Source: Candidatus Multivoradales bacterium (lineage in GTDB: Bacteria; Acidobacteriota; Thermoanaerobaculia; Multivoradales; J023). From it: DNA of 64,000 nt. The stretch is taken from positions 768,001-832,000 of the forward strand of contig CBDFLE010000006.1 of NCBI GenBank assembly GCA_965248925.1, in the 5' to 3' direction. Positions 19,684 to 28,873 of the stretch are shown in pieces. Position numbers and translations under genes: made by a program. Each line of letters starts with the position of its first letter. The stretch's first letter is position 1. A model generated the notes under the pieces. That model searched no databases, had not been told where the DNA came from, and saw only the letters and a program-made list of their open reading frames with translations.

Positions 19684-21651
19684 TCAAGCCGCCTCAGCAC
19701 TGCCAGAGGAGTTCTCACTCGCGACTGGCGCAAGTCCACTCCTCAGCCGGCGAGGCTCAGCTGTTTGTCCAGTCAAGAGCGAATCGTAGTGGCTGCGCAG
19801 CCACAGCTCGAAGAGGATCGGGTTGACCACCGCCCGCAGGGCCGCCGAAGGCCATTGTTTGCGGTACTGCTCGTAGGATACCCGCAGCCGCGCGCCGTCG
19901 ATGTAGCCCAGCTCCTCCGCCAAGGGGGCCTGCAGCAGGCTGCGAACCTGCATGGCCTCCATATCGCGCAGGCCTAGATCGACGAACCTGCCGAGCCGGG
20001 TCTTGTGAGCACGCTGGCGAACGCTCTCCGGTAGATAGCCAAGCATGGCGTTGCGCAACAGAGGTTTGGTCGCGGCCACGGAAATCAACTCGCGAGACGG
20101 AATCGAGAGCACGAACTCGACCAAGCGCCGATCCAGATAGGGATGGCGAACATCGAGCGGTTGCCGCCGCGGCCGTCGTTCATACCACTGAGTGGCGTAG
20201 GGGTGAGCGCCAAATCCGACCGCAGTGTCGTAAACGTCTTGCCGCCCGTGCTCGAGAAATCGCAGCCCACTAGGCGTTCCTTCGAGACGCTGCTCGAGGT
20301 TGGTGCGGCGAGCAAAATCAGGAGCTATCCAGGCTGGTAGCGAGCCGCCGTCGGAGCGACCGGCCAGCCGCCGCAGGAAACGATCTAGAGTTGGCGGCAG
20401 CAAAGGCCGCAGCATCCAGCCGTAGAACGCTCGCGACAGCGGCAGTTTCACCCGCCGGGCATGTTGAGCCAGCTCCCGGCCAGCCGACCCATCGCGTCGC
20501 CGCAAGCGATCGGCGTAGACTCGCGGACTACCACAGAGCAACTCATCACCACCATGGCCGGTCAGGAGGATATCGATACCCCGCTCGCGGAGACGATCGG
20601 TCAGCTCCTCGTAGCATCCTTCCCAAACCGGCAAGAAAGGACTCTCGAGGCTGGGCGAGAAGGCACTGTCACCAGCCGCCAAGTACCAACGTCGCTCAGC
20701 CTGAATCTCGACACTCTGCAGACCAAGATCACTGGTCATGGTACGGATGTAGGGACTCTCATCACAATCGAGCCGTGTGCCGAAAACGAACGAGCCAGCA
20801 ACTAACCCTGGGCTGCCGTCAACTCCCACCACCCGCCGAGCAACGGCCGCCACTGAGCAGGAATCCAGCCCACCACTCATGGCGATTCCGACTTGCCCGG
20901 CTGAGCCCACCAAGCGAGCGGCCACTGACTGTTCCAGCAGGCTGGCGAAATGTTCGGCGTACTCCTCGCTCTTCTGGTAGGTGACGCGATGCTCGGGATC
21001 GATATCCCAATAGCGCTCAACCCGCACCCCTTCGTGGCTGGCGATCAGGCGATGTCCCGGGGGAAGGGCGCGGACCTGGCGAAAGAAGGTGCGGTCTTTG
21101 GCCGGCATGTGGCCGCAGAGGAAGTCCGCCACCGCAAGATCATCAAGGTCATTCGAGACCGCCGGATGGCTGAGCAGCTGCTGCGCCTCGGAAGCGAAAC
21201 AAATCAGCGGCCCGAGATGGGTGAAACAAAGCCCGCGGACCCCAAGCTGATCCCGAGCCGCGAAGAGCCGCTGCTGCTCTCCATCCCAAATAGCAAAAAC
21301 AAAATCGCCCAGCAACACCTCGACACAGTCGATACCCCAGCGGCGATAGGCCGCCAGAATGAGTTCGGCATGGGTTGCCTCTCTCCCACCGAGTTCTTCC
21401 GCGAGTGCCCGGCAAAGTTCTTCGCCATTGTCGATTCGCGCATCGGCCACCAGATGCAGGTCACCACGCCGCAACGGCTTGAGAGGCTGCTGGTGGCCTG
21501 AAGTTGCACTGATCGCGAAACCTCCGCGCTCGAAAGAGCAGTAGCCGATTCCACCCACCGAGCGGTTGGGGACGGACTCGGCCATCACCTGCAAGTAGTC
21601 ATCACCCTCGGGCAGACCAGCAAAGTCCACCAGACCAGCCAGCGCTCCCAT
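19684..21651 (-). CDS. Lasso cyclase (asparagine synthetase-like, C protein)
   Basis: No N-terminal Cys; RDQLGVR, SGGLDS, TGHGGDE, HPYLDRRLVEF; TGATG-coupled to B2. Confidence 0.92.
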   Translation of the reverse strand: MGALAGLVDFAGLPEGDDYLQVMAESVPNRSVGGIGYCSFERGGFAISATSGHQQPLKPLRRGDLHLVADARIDNGEELCRALAEELGGREATHAELILAAYRRWGIDCVEVLLGDFVFAIWDGEQQRLFAARDQLGVRGLCFTHLGPLICFASEAQQLLSHPAVSNDLDDLAVADFLCGHMPAKDRTFFRQVRALPPGHRLIASHEGVRVERYWDIDPEHRVTYQKSEEYAEHFASLLEQSVAARLVGSAGQVGIAMSGGLDSCSVAAVARRVVGVDGSPGLVAGSFVFGTRLDCDESPYIRTMTSDLGLQSVEIQAERRWYLAAGDSAFSPSLESPFLPVWEGCYEELTDRLRERGIDILLTGHGGDELLCGSPRVYADRLRRRDGSAGRELAQHARRVKLPLSRAFYGWMLRPLLPPTLDRFLRRLAGRSDGGSLPAWIAPDFARRTNLEQRLEGTPSGLRFLEHGRQDVYDTAVGFGAHPYATQWYERRPRRQPLDVRHPYLDRRLVEFVLSIPSRELISVAATKPLLRNAMLGYLPESVRQRAHKTRLGRFVDLGLRDMEAMQVRSLLQAPLAEELGYIDGARLRVSYEQYRKQWPSAALRAVVNPILFELWLRSHYDSLLTGQTAEPRRLRSGLAPVASENSSGSAEAA

Positions 21652-22088
21652 CAGGCATTCGCCTCCCGAACGGCGGCATTCTCCAGCGGCGGATAATCTC
21701 GCTCGACAGTGCCAGACTCGGCAACGGGCCGACCTTCGACCTCCACCCAGGCGTGCGCCTCGAGCTGCTGTCCAACGGTGCGAGCGCCGATCCGCAACAC
21801 CGAGTCGACACCACGGCGAGCCAACAAGTAGCGCAGAGTCACCGAGCGTTCCAGACAACGCGCCGGCAGTAGATGATGCCGGCTGGCGACGCCCACGGCC
21901 CAAGCTGTCAGGGGGATAGGTGCCGCGGGGCCTATCCCCGAGGCGCCGCGCACCACGGGCTCCAGTCGCGCCAGCGAAACACCGCAACGCAATGCCACGC
22001 TAAACACTCCCAAGCCAATCCATGCCGAAGCGAGAGACCGCAGCTCGCGACGACCGAGCGAGGAAAGTTTGTAGAGATTAGTCAGCAT
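21651..22088 (-). CDS. Lasso leader peptidase B2 (transglutaminase-like)
   Basis: CLERS...LRIG...AHAWVE catalytic motifs. Confidence 0.92.
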   Translation of the reverse strand: MLTNLYKLSSLGRRELRSLASAWIGLGVFSVALRCGVSLARLEPVVRGASGIGPAAPIPLTAWAVGVASRHHLLPARCLERSVTLRYLLARRGVDSVLRIGARTVGQQLEAHAWVEVEGRPVAESGTVERDYPPLENAAVREANA

Positions 22089-22458
22089 CGAGGGTCACCA
22101 GGCTCTGGCCCGCGAGTCGGTCGACAAAAATCATCAAATCGTGCTTCAAGCGTTCAGGTTCGACCTCGAACTCATCGAGTAAACTTCTATAGGTTGCTTC
22201 TAGCTCTCCGTTATCCGCCAACAACTGCCACATCCTGGTGCCAACATCGTCGAGCCCGAAATAACGGCCGGTCTCGAGCTGCAAGAGCACCGCCTCACCT
22301 CCCAGGTCACGGAAGAGCACTTGCTCGGAAATCCTCACGCAACCCGCCAGTTTGCCTGACAACCCTGCCGCGGAAGACCCGCTTTCTGAATATGCAAAAC
22401 CCACACCAGACCCCCGTCTGAGATTTTCCGCCCGTATCGCGGATCCTCCGCCCTTCAC
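22078..22458 (-). CDS. Lasso RRE B1 (PqqD family); start uncertain
   Basis: EAVLLQLETGRYFGLDDVGTRMWQLL...EFEVEPERLKHDL. Confidence 0.9.
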   Translation of the reverse strand: MKGGGSAIRAENLRRGSGVGFAYSESGSSAAGLSGKLAGCVRISEQVLFRDLGGEAVLLQLETGRYFGLDDVGTRMWQLLADNGELEATYRSLLDEFEVEPERLKHDLMIFVDRLAGQSLVTLDAD

Positions 22459-22562
22459 AACATACTATTACTTGGATTCTGATAGATAGCTTACCACTTA
22501 CCCAGAGATCTCTACCACGGCAAATCTCCCCTGCCGGAAGTCCTTCCCCTGCCGACCAACGA

Positions 22563-22603
22563 AAGAAAGCCCACCCAGCCGAGATGGCAGAGCGGGCTTT
22601 CTT
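22563..22603 (-). terminator. Probable intrinsic terminator of the SdrD-like gene
   Basis: AAGAAAGCCC...GGGCTTTCTT inverted repeat with a T-rich run on the minus strand. Confidence 0.65.
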
Positions 22604-22661
22604 GGCTATTCAAGAGAGTCAGTTTCTACTTCGCTCTCCGCAACAGAGATCATCGACTGGC

Positions 22662-25600
22662 TTACGGAATAACCAGCCAAACGTCGTAGTTGCCGCTACC
22701 GTCGTAGGACTTCACCAACCAAGCGTAGTAGCCCTCGGCACCGTTGTAGGTCACGGTCTCGTTCGAGCTGTAGCTGGTCCCCGAGGCGACCACTTGCCAG
22801 CTGGAGCCATTCCAGCGATGCAGGTAGAGGTCTAAGTCCGCCGAACCCGGGCCTTCGAGCACTCCTTGATGACTGCCGGCGACCGAGTAGTAGTAGTTGC
22901 CGTCCGGCTGCCAATGGTACTCGCCAGTGCTACCCAGGTAGCCAGCGTAGTGATCGCCGGTGTGGCCATCGCCACCACCGCCACCACTACCGGTGTCGTC
23001 ACAGCTCCACAGCACCTTCACCCACCGCAGGCAGAAGGCCTCATTGGAGCCGCCGTAGTTGTTCGACACCCGGAAGCGCACCTGAGTGTTGGCCGAGATA
23101 TGCCCGCTGATGTCGAGAGTGTGGATCTCGGTCACCGAGCCGGAGATGCCGGTGATGACCTCCAAGACTGTCCACGTAGCTCCACCGTTGTCCGACACCT
23201 CGACGGTGACCGCGTCGTCAGAATCGACCCCGGCGAAGGTGTCGAACTTGAACTCCAAAGTCGCGACCAGAGCGCCCGAAAGGTCGACCTCACGGGCCGC
23301 CGATGGCTCGGTGCCGGTATCCGGGGCATCCTTGAGGAACATGAAGCCGTTGTCGACCCAGACGTTGCCGGTCGCCGGACCAGAACCCGCGACATCGTTC
23401 TCGATCCACGGACCGGTCCAGTCATTGCCACCGATGTTGCCGCTGAAGTCGTTCGAATCGAACGAATCCTTGACATCACCCGGTTCGCAATCACCCGACG
23501 GCGGCTCGGAGCCACCGTCGCCCGGGCAGACCACCAAGGAGGAGATTGCCCCTGAGCCGGTCAGCTTCACCTTCAGTGTGCTCACCCCGTTGGTGCCCAG
23601 CACCAGCTTCTGCACGCTATTGTTGCCCAGGGTCTGCGCCGCCGCGCCACCGATCAGGCCACCATCCGCGTCGAAAGCCTCGAGGGTGCAGTTGGTTTGC
23701 TCATCGATATCCACCAGGCTCACCGACTCGATCAGCACCGGGTCGTCGAAGGTGAAGATGAACTCACCGCCCGAGGCGTTGTCGTCTGGATCGCTACCAT
23801 CGTTGCCATCCTCAGACAGGATCAGCAGGTTACCTAGGCCAATGGCGTTCTCCCCCGCCTGGCCAGCCTCGCCACCGGCGCCGATACCCGGACCACCGAA
23901 GGTTTGGTTGGGAGTGCCGAGATCGAAGTCGCCTCCAGTCGGGTCCGAAGAATCGAAGATCATCGCCGGCGTCGAAGCGTTGTCAGTGGTGACGTGGATG
24001 CCCATTGCGGCGAGCTCGTCGTCGATCACCTGCCCCGCGGAGAACTGCGCGAAGTCAATGGTCAGGCACTCGGCGGATTCGCAATCGACAATATCGATGT
24101 TGATGTCACCATCACCCGAAGAAGGCAACGAGGCCCCCGTCGGCTGGCTGCTAACAATGTAATCGAGCCAACCGGAGCCACCAAAGCGAGCGTTCTTGCC
24201 GTTGGCACCTTCGCCTACCTGGAAGGCTACGCCGCGACGCTCGATATGCACAATCGCTCCAGCCAAATCACCGGTGCCGGTGAGGGTGCCAACGAAATCG
24301 GTGTAGAACACCCAAGTCGAGGGATCGACTGGACCACCGTTGGCGACGTAGGCTGCCGAGTCGAGTTCCAGCTTCGGACTACCCGCCGGTGCCACCGAGG
24401 TTAGACCGTTGAAGAGAACATCGACGACGAAGCCAGCGCTCGGATTCGACGCCGAGCGTACTGTGCCGCTCAACCTCGCCGTGCGCATGCCATCGTCGAA
24501 CATCCAGCTACCCTGATCGGGCTCGAAGACGAAGTCGGTGCCGATCCCGGGCAGCGAAATGGCGTGGCCATTGCTGGAACCAAACTCGTCAGCCACCGCC
24601 CCCTCGGCACAGATCTCGGTCGGATCGACCGGGCCCTGATCCTCGGGGCAGAGCGGACCGCCCTGTTTGCTGGCTCCGGCGAGCACCTCGAAATCACCGC
24701 TGATCAGCCCCGGGAAAATGGGCTCCGAGCAACTGGTATGGATCGAGGTGTGTAGCACGCCGTCAACGAAGATCCTTATCTCGGTGCCAACCGTACCGGA
24801 GAAGCCCGGCGTACCTGATCCAGGACCGGTGATCTCGAAAGTGCCACCCGGTTGGACGGTACCTACGAATAGGTCGTCATCGTCAGGACCGCGCTTGCCC
24901 TCGACTCGGATCTCGGCAGAAGCCGAGCCGTTGTACTGGAAGGTCAAGCGGCTGACCTTACCCGAGCAGGGTCCACACACCGCATATCCAAAATCGACAT
25001 CGGTGCGATCCTCACCCGTGCCCAGCACCAAGCTGGCCGAGTTGATCGTCGTCAAGCCGTCGAGGTCGAAGGTCGGCTCATAACCCGCAGGCAAAGTCGA
25101 AGCATCGACCTGCGCTGTGTAGGCACCGCCCAACAAACCGCCGAAGGTGTAGCCGCCATCACCCGAAGTGGTGGCCGTGGCAATGACCACTCCGCCGCCG
25201 TCAAGCACGTTAACGGTGACACCGTTCAAGCCGACTTCACCGGCATCCTGCACACCGTCATTGTCGACGTCGTCCCACACTCGATCACCGATGGAACCCA
25301 ACTGGACATAGCCAAAATCGACATCGTCACGGTCTTGCGACACAGCCAAGGTGACGGTAGCGATGTTGGCGCTACCGAGGCCGTCGAGATCGAAGGTCTG
25401 AGTGTGATCCGCCGGCAGGGTCGAAGCATCGACCTCCACCATGTAGGTACCGGTAAGTAGGTCGCCGAAAGAGTAGCCGCCATCACCGGCGGTGACCGTC
25501 GAGGTGATCAACGCGCCACCCGAGTCGCGCAGGTTGACGGTGACACCGTTCAAACCCGGTTCAACGAGATCCTGCACCCCGTTGCCATTGGTGTCGAACC

Positions 25601-28370
25601 AGACCCGGTCGCCCAACGAGCCCAGGCGGACGTAGCCAAAGTCGACATCGTCGCGCACCTCGCTCGCGGCCAAGGCGGCGTCGGCGGTGTTGGCGGTGGC
25701 CGCCCCGTCGAGATCGAAGGTCTGACTGTAGCCCGCTGGCAGGGTCGAAGGATCGACATCCACCTTGAAGGTATCGGCACCCAGGAACTCGAAGAGGTAC
25801 ATGCCGTCACCAGCCGTGGTGGTGGTACCGATCACGTTGCCGCCTGAGTCGCGCAGGGTCACGGTGACGCCGTTCAGACCTGGCTCACCCGAATCCTGCA
25901 CCCCGTCGCCGTTGAAGTCGTCCCACACTCGGTCGCCGAGCTGGCCGTCGCCCCGATAGCCGAAGTCCACCAGATCGTTCTCCTCTTCCTCTGCCAACGT
26001 CAGCGTCGCCACATTGGGAGTGCTGATGTCGTCGAAATCGAAGGTCGGATCGTCGATGCCCGGCGGCAGCGTGCCGTCATCCACCGTCACCACGTAGGCA
26101 CAGTCGACTGTCGGCTCGCGCAGCTGGATCAGCCCCGCGGGAATGGTGTCCGGCGCACCCACCGGACCACCGCCACCGCCGTCTGCCTCGCAGTTCGCCG
26201 CCGGCAGATTGGCGAAGAGAAAGAAGCCGTCGACTCCCATTACCGTCGCCGTCACCGTCGTCCGCACCACCTCGGCGATGCCATCGCCATCGATGTCGCC
26301 TTCGAGGGTCACGGTCACTCCGTTCAAGCCCGCTTCGCCTGACTCTTGGATCCCGCTCGCGTCACGGTCCTCCCACACCAAGTCGCCGATCGAGCCCAGG
26401 AATTCGGCAACGTAGCCAAAATCAGCATCGACAAAAGCGTCGCCAGAGGCCAGAGTCACGTCCAGGGGCTGGTTAGCCGTGGTCAGGATCAGACCGTCGG
26501 GCAAGGTGCTGGCGTCCACCTCGACCCGATACAAGCCCGCCAGCAGGCCGCTGAACTCGTAGAAACCATCATCGTCGGTGGTCTCGGAGGCGAAGAAGAC
26601 GTCGTCCAAGGTGCCGAACATAGCGTCCGGGCCGGCCTCGGTAAGGTTGACTTCGACTCCCTCCAAGCCTGCGTCCGGGTTCTCGTTCTGCAAGCCGTCG
26701 GCACTGTCGTCATACCAGACGTAGTCACCGATCGACGCCGTGCCGGCGTAACCAAAATCGTAGGTCAGCACATTGGCGTTGACCACTGTGTCGGTGATCG
26801 CGTCGCCAGTAGTGCTCACCAGGCCGTCCAGAGGCTCGCCCAGATCGAAGTTCGAAGGGTCGACTTCGACCTCGAAAGTACCGGCATCCACCTCAAAGGA
26901 GTAGTTGCCGTTGATGTCCGTGGTGGTGGTGGCCAGCGCACTGCCAAGAGCGCCCAGCAAGTTGACCTGCACGCCCTCGATCCCCGGCTCGCCAGGGTCC
27001 TGAGTGCCGCTACCGTCGATGTCGGCGAACACCGTGTCGCCGACCAGGAAGAGGCGCAGAATCGGGCCACACGGATCGCCCATCTCATCGACACAGATCA
27101 CCCGGTTAAAGATCCGCAGCGCGTTCAAGTTCTGCAGGTCGACGCCGTTGATCGCGATGGCGTAGGTGCCAGCCGGGATGCTGCCGGTCATGTGGTCTTC
27201 TGCGGCCGACACCGTCGATACCACGAAGCGCTCCCACTCCTGGTTGCCCGAGGGGTTCTCGTTGGCGAATATCGGGCCATTGGGGAACATCAGGTCGTAA
27301 CGCACCGAGGGAGGACGCACCAAGAAGATGCCGTTGCCAGCCCCATCGTTGTCGTCCGGTGGATCACCGGTCGCTCCGCCAAAGCCAATCGCTACCCCTT
27401 CTGCCATGGTATCGATGGTCGCGAACGGCGGCACGAACGGAGCGTTAGGGGTGTTTGGATCGTCAGTGTCCTGGTTGTTGATGCCATCGAAATCGCCGCG
27501 GTCGAAGTCACCGTCGAAAAGCTCCAACTCGGGCAGCGCCGCCGGCATCTCGAAGTAGAAGATGAACGAGCCGTCATAGGTCGTCGGTGTGGCCGCCGGG
27601 AAGCCCGGGTATACGGTCTGCACATCGGTCAGCGACGGGCCAAAGTTAGCGATATAGGAGAAAGGCTGCGCCGTGGGAGAGATCAGCGTCTGACCATCGG
27701 TGCGAATCTTGAAGGCGTTGACCACCGGCACCGACGGCATCAGGTTGACGATCCGCAGCCGGTAGAAGAAGTTGCCACTCGGCGACTGCGCCACCGCGGT
27801 GGTGTTGATTGCGAAGTTGGCCCAATCGTCGTTCGGCAACAGCGAAGAAGCGATCGAAGGCTGACCCGGCAACAACTCGATGATGGTCGCGCCACTGCCA
27901 TCGCCGAGCGGATCGGCGAGTAGGGTGTACTCAAAGGGAGTCGGTACCGCGCCGCTGTCCCAACGGCTCTCGCCAGTCGACGCCTGGATCTCACCCGCAT
28001 CACCATCGAAAATACCGATGGAAAAAGTCGTGGTCCCAGCCGGCACTGCCAATTGCAGCTCCAAGTCCGGGTCGCTCAGGGTTACGAAGTCCGAAGCTAC
28101 CGCCAGGAAACGGCCATCGGTCGGATCACAGGTCGGCAGGCAGGTGAAACCAGGCATCCGGGTTGGCAGCCTGAAGGCCGGTGCGTCCGCAGGTTCCATC
28201 TGCTCAATTTTGAGGCTGTCGAGGAACGCCAGTGATTCTGCCTGCATCTGTCCTTCGAGGCTACGTGGACCTCCGGCGCGCTGCCCCAGAACGAATCCTG
28301 GAAGCAGCAGCGTAACCATCAGACCGACGACCAAGAAGATCTTCGAGCGGGTTGCTGCCTTCGTAATCAT
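22662..28370 (-). CDS. Giant secreted/surface protein with about six SdrD B-like repeats and a C-terminal PPC-like domain
   Basis: Signal peptide; repeats IGDxVWxDxxxDGxQDxGExGLNGVTV...DFGY; IHTSCSEPI module; C-terminal QPDGNYY...DLDLYLHRWNG. Confidence 0.85.
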   Translation of the reverse strand: MITKAATRSKIFLVVGLMVTLLLPGFVLGQRAGGPRSLEGQMQAESLAFLDSLKIEQMEPADAPAFRLPTRMPGFTCLPTCDPTDGRFLAVASDFVTLSDPDLELQLAVPAGTTTFSIGIFDGDAGEIQASTGESRWDSGAVPTPFEYTLLADPLGDGSGATIIELLPGQPSIASSLLPNDDWANFAINTTAVAQSPSGNFFYRLRIVNLMPSVPVVNAFKIRTDGQTLISPTAQPFSYIANFGPSLTDVQTVYPGFPAATPTTYDGSFIFYFEMPAALPELELFDGDFDRGDFDGINNQDTDDPNTPNAPFVPPFATIDTMAEGVAIGFGGATGDPPDDNDGAGNGIFLVRPPSVRYDLMFPNGPIFANENPSGNQEWERFVVSTVSAAEDHMTGSIPAGTYAIAINGVDLQNLNALRIFNRVICVDEMGDPCGPILRLFLVGDTVFADIDGSGTQDPGEPGIEGVQVNLLGALGSALATTTTDINGNYSFEVDAGTFEVEVDPSNFDLGEPLDGLVSTTGDAITDTVVNANVLTYDFGYAGTASIGDYVWYDDSADGLQNENPDAGLEGVEVNLTEAGPDAMFGTLDDVFFASETTDDDGFYEFSGLLAGLYRVEVDASTLPDGLILTTANQPLDVTLASGDAFVDADFGYVAEFLGSIGDLVWEDRDASGIQESGEAGLNGVTVTLEGDIDGDGIAEVVRTTVTATVMGVDGFFLFANLPAANCEADGGGGGPVGAPDTIPAGLIQLREPTVDCAYVVTVDDGTLPPGIDDPTFDFDDISTPNVATLTLAEEEENDLVDFGYRGDGQLGDRVWDDFNGDGVQDSGEPGLNGVTVTLRDSGGNVIGTTTTAGDGMYLFEFLGADTFKVDVDPSTLPAGYSQTFDLDGAATANTADAALAASEVRDDVDFGYVRLGSLGDRVWFDTNGNGVQDLVEPGLNGVTVNLRDSGGALITSTVTAGDGGYSFGDLLTGTYMVEVDASTLPADHTQTFDLDGLGSANIATVTLAVSQDRDDVDFGYVQLGSIGDRVWDDVDNDGVQDAGEVGLNGVTVNVLDGGGVVIATATTSGDGGYTFGGLLGGAYTAQVDASTLPAGYEPTFDLDGLTTINSASLVLGTGEDRTDVDFGYAVCGPCSGKVSRLTFQYNGSASAEIRVEGKRGPDDDDLFVGTVQPGGTFEITGPGSGTPGFSGTVGTEIRIFVDGVLHTSIHTSCSEPIFPGLISGDFEVLAGASKQGGPLCPEDQGPVDPTEICAEGAVADEFGSSNGHAISLPGIGTDFVFEPDQGSWMFDDGMRTARLSGTVRSASNPSAGFVVDVLFNGLTSVAPAGSPKLELDSAAYVANGGPVDPSTWVFYTDFVGTLTGTGDLAGAIVHIERRGVAFQVGEGANGKNARFGGSGWLDYIVSSQPTGASLPSSGDGDINIDIVDCESAECLTIDFAQFSAGQVIDDELAAMGIHVTTDNASTPAMIFDSSDPTGGDFDLGTPNQTFGGPGIGAGGEAGQAGENAIGLGNLLILSEDGNDGSDPDDNASGGEFIFTFDDPVLIESVSLVDIDEQTNCTLEAFDADGGLIGGAAAQTLGNNSVQKLVLGTNGVSTLKVKLTGSGAISSLVVCPGDGGSEPPSGDCEPGDVKDSFDSNDFSGNIGGNDWTGPWIENDVAGSGPATGNVWVDNGFMFLKDAPDTGTEPSAAREVDLSGALVATLEFKFDTFAGVDSDDAVTVEVSDNGGATWTVLEVITGISGSVTEIHTLDISGHISANTQVRFRVSNNYGGSNEAFCLRWVKVLWSCDDTGSGGGGGDGHTGDHYAGYLGSTGEYHWQPDGNYYYSVAGSHQGVLEGPGSADLDLYLHRWNGSSWQVVASGTSYSSNETVTYNGAEGYYAWLVKSYDGSGNYDVWLVIP

Positions 28371-28873
28371 GAATCTCTCTCCTAAGGCTCTAGACGGAAA
28401 ACTGACCCTATGGGTCAGCAAAGCAACGTAAACAATTGAAAATAAAGACGGTTGCTGCAGCCGGCCTAAACAAGCCCCCCAGCTCCTCAAGAGCCGGCCG
28501 CGTTGGGTTCCCCCCAATTCCTCGCAAGGATCTCGCGCCGGCGTCAGGAAAGCGTCAGGAGAACAACTTCTCGCGATAACGAGTTTTCTTGCAGACAGCA
28601 GAAGGGGAGGCTCAAAGGTGAATCAGCTAGTCAACAAATCTGGAATGCCACCAGCTTGTGCGCGGTAACGCGCCATCCGCAGCGCGCCCAGGGCATGCGG
28701 ACCGTGGCGACGAATGCTAACGAGCAGCGGGTAGGGAACTGAACAAACCCTTGCGGCGTGACCGGCCGAGGAATTCCTGGCGAAAAGGTCTCTTCTATCT
28801 GCTACTTGGCAGCCGGTTGTAGGGACGCTAGCATTAGCGGCAAGTCGCCGCCTCGAGTAGATCGCCAAAGAGC

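Noticed and set aside
19684-21987. Primary-metabolism asparagine synthetase, 767 aa
   Set aside because: It lacks the N-terminal Cys and lies between B2 and the precursor, so it is a lasso cyclase. The true start is 21651.
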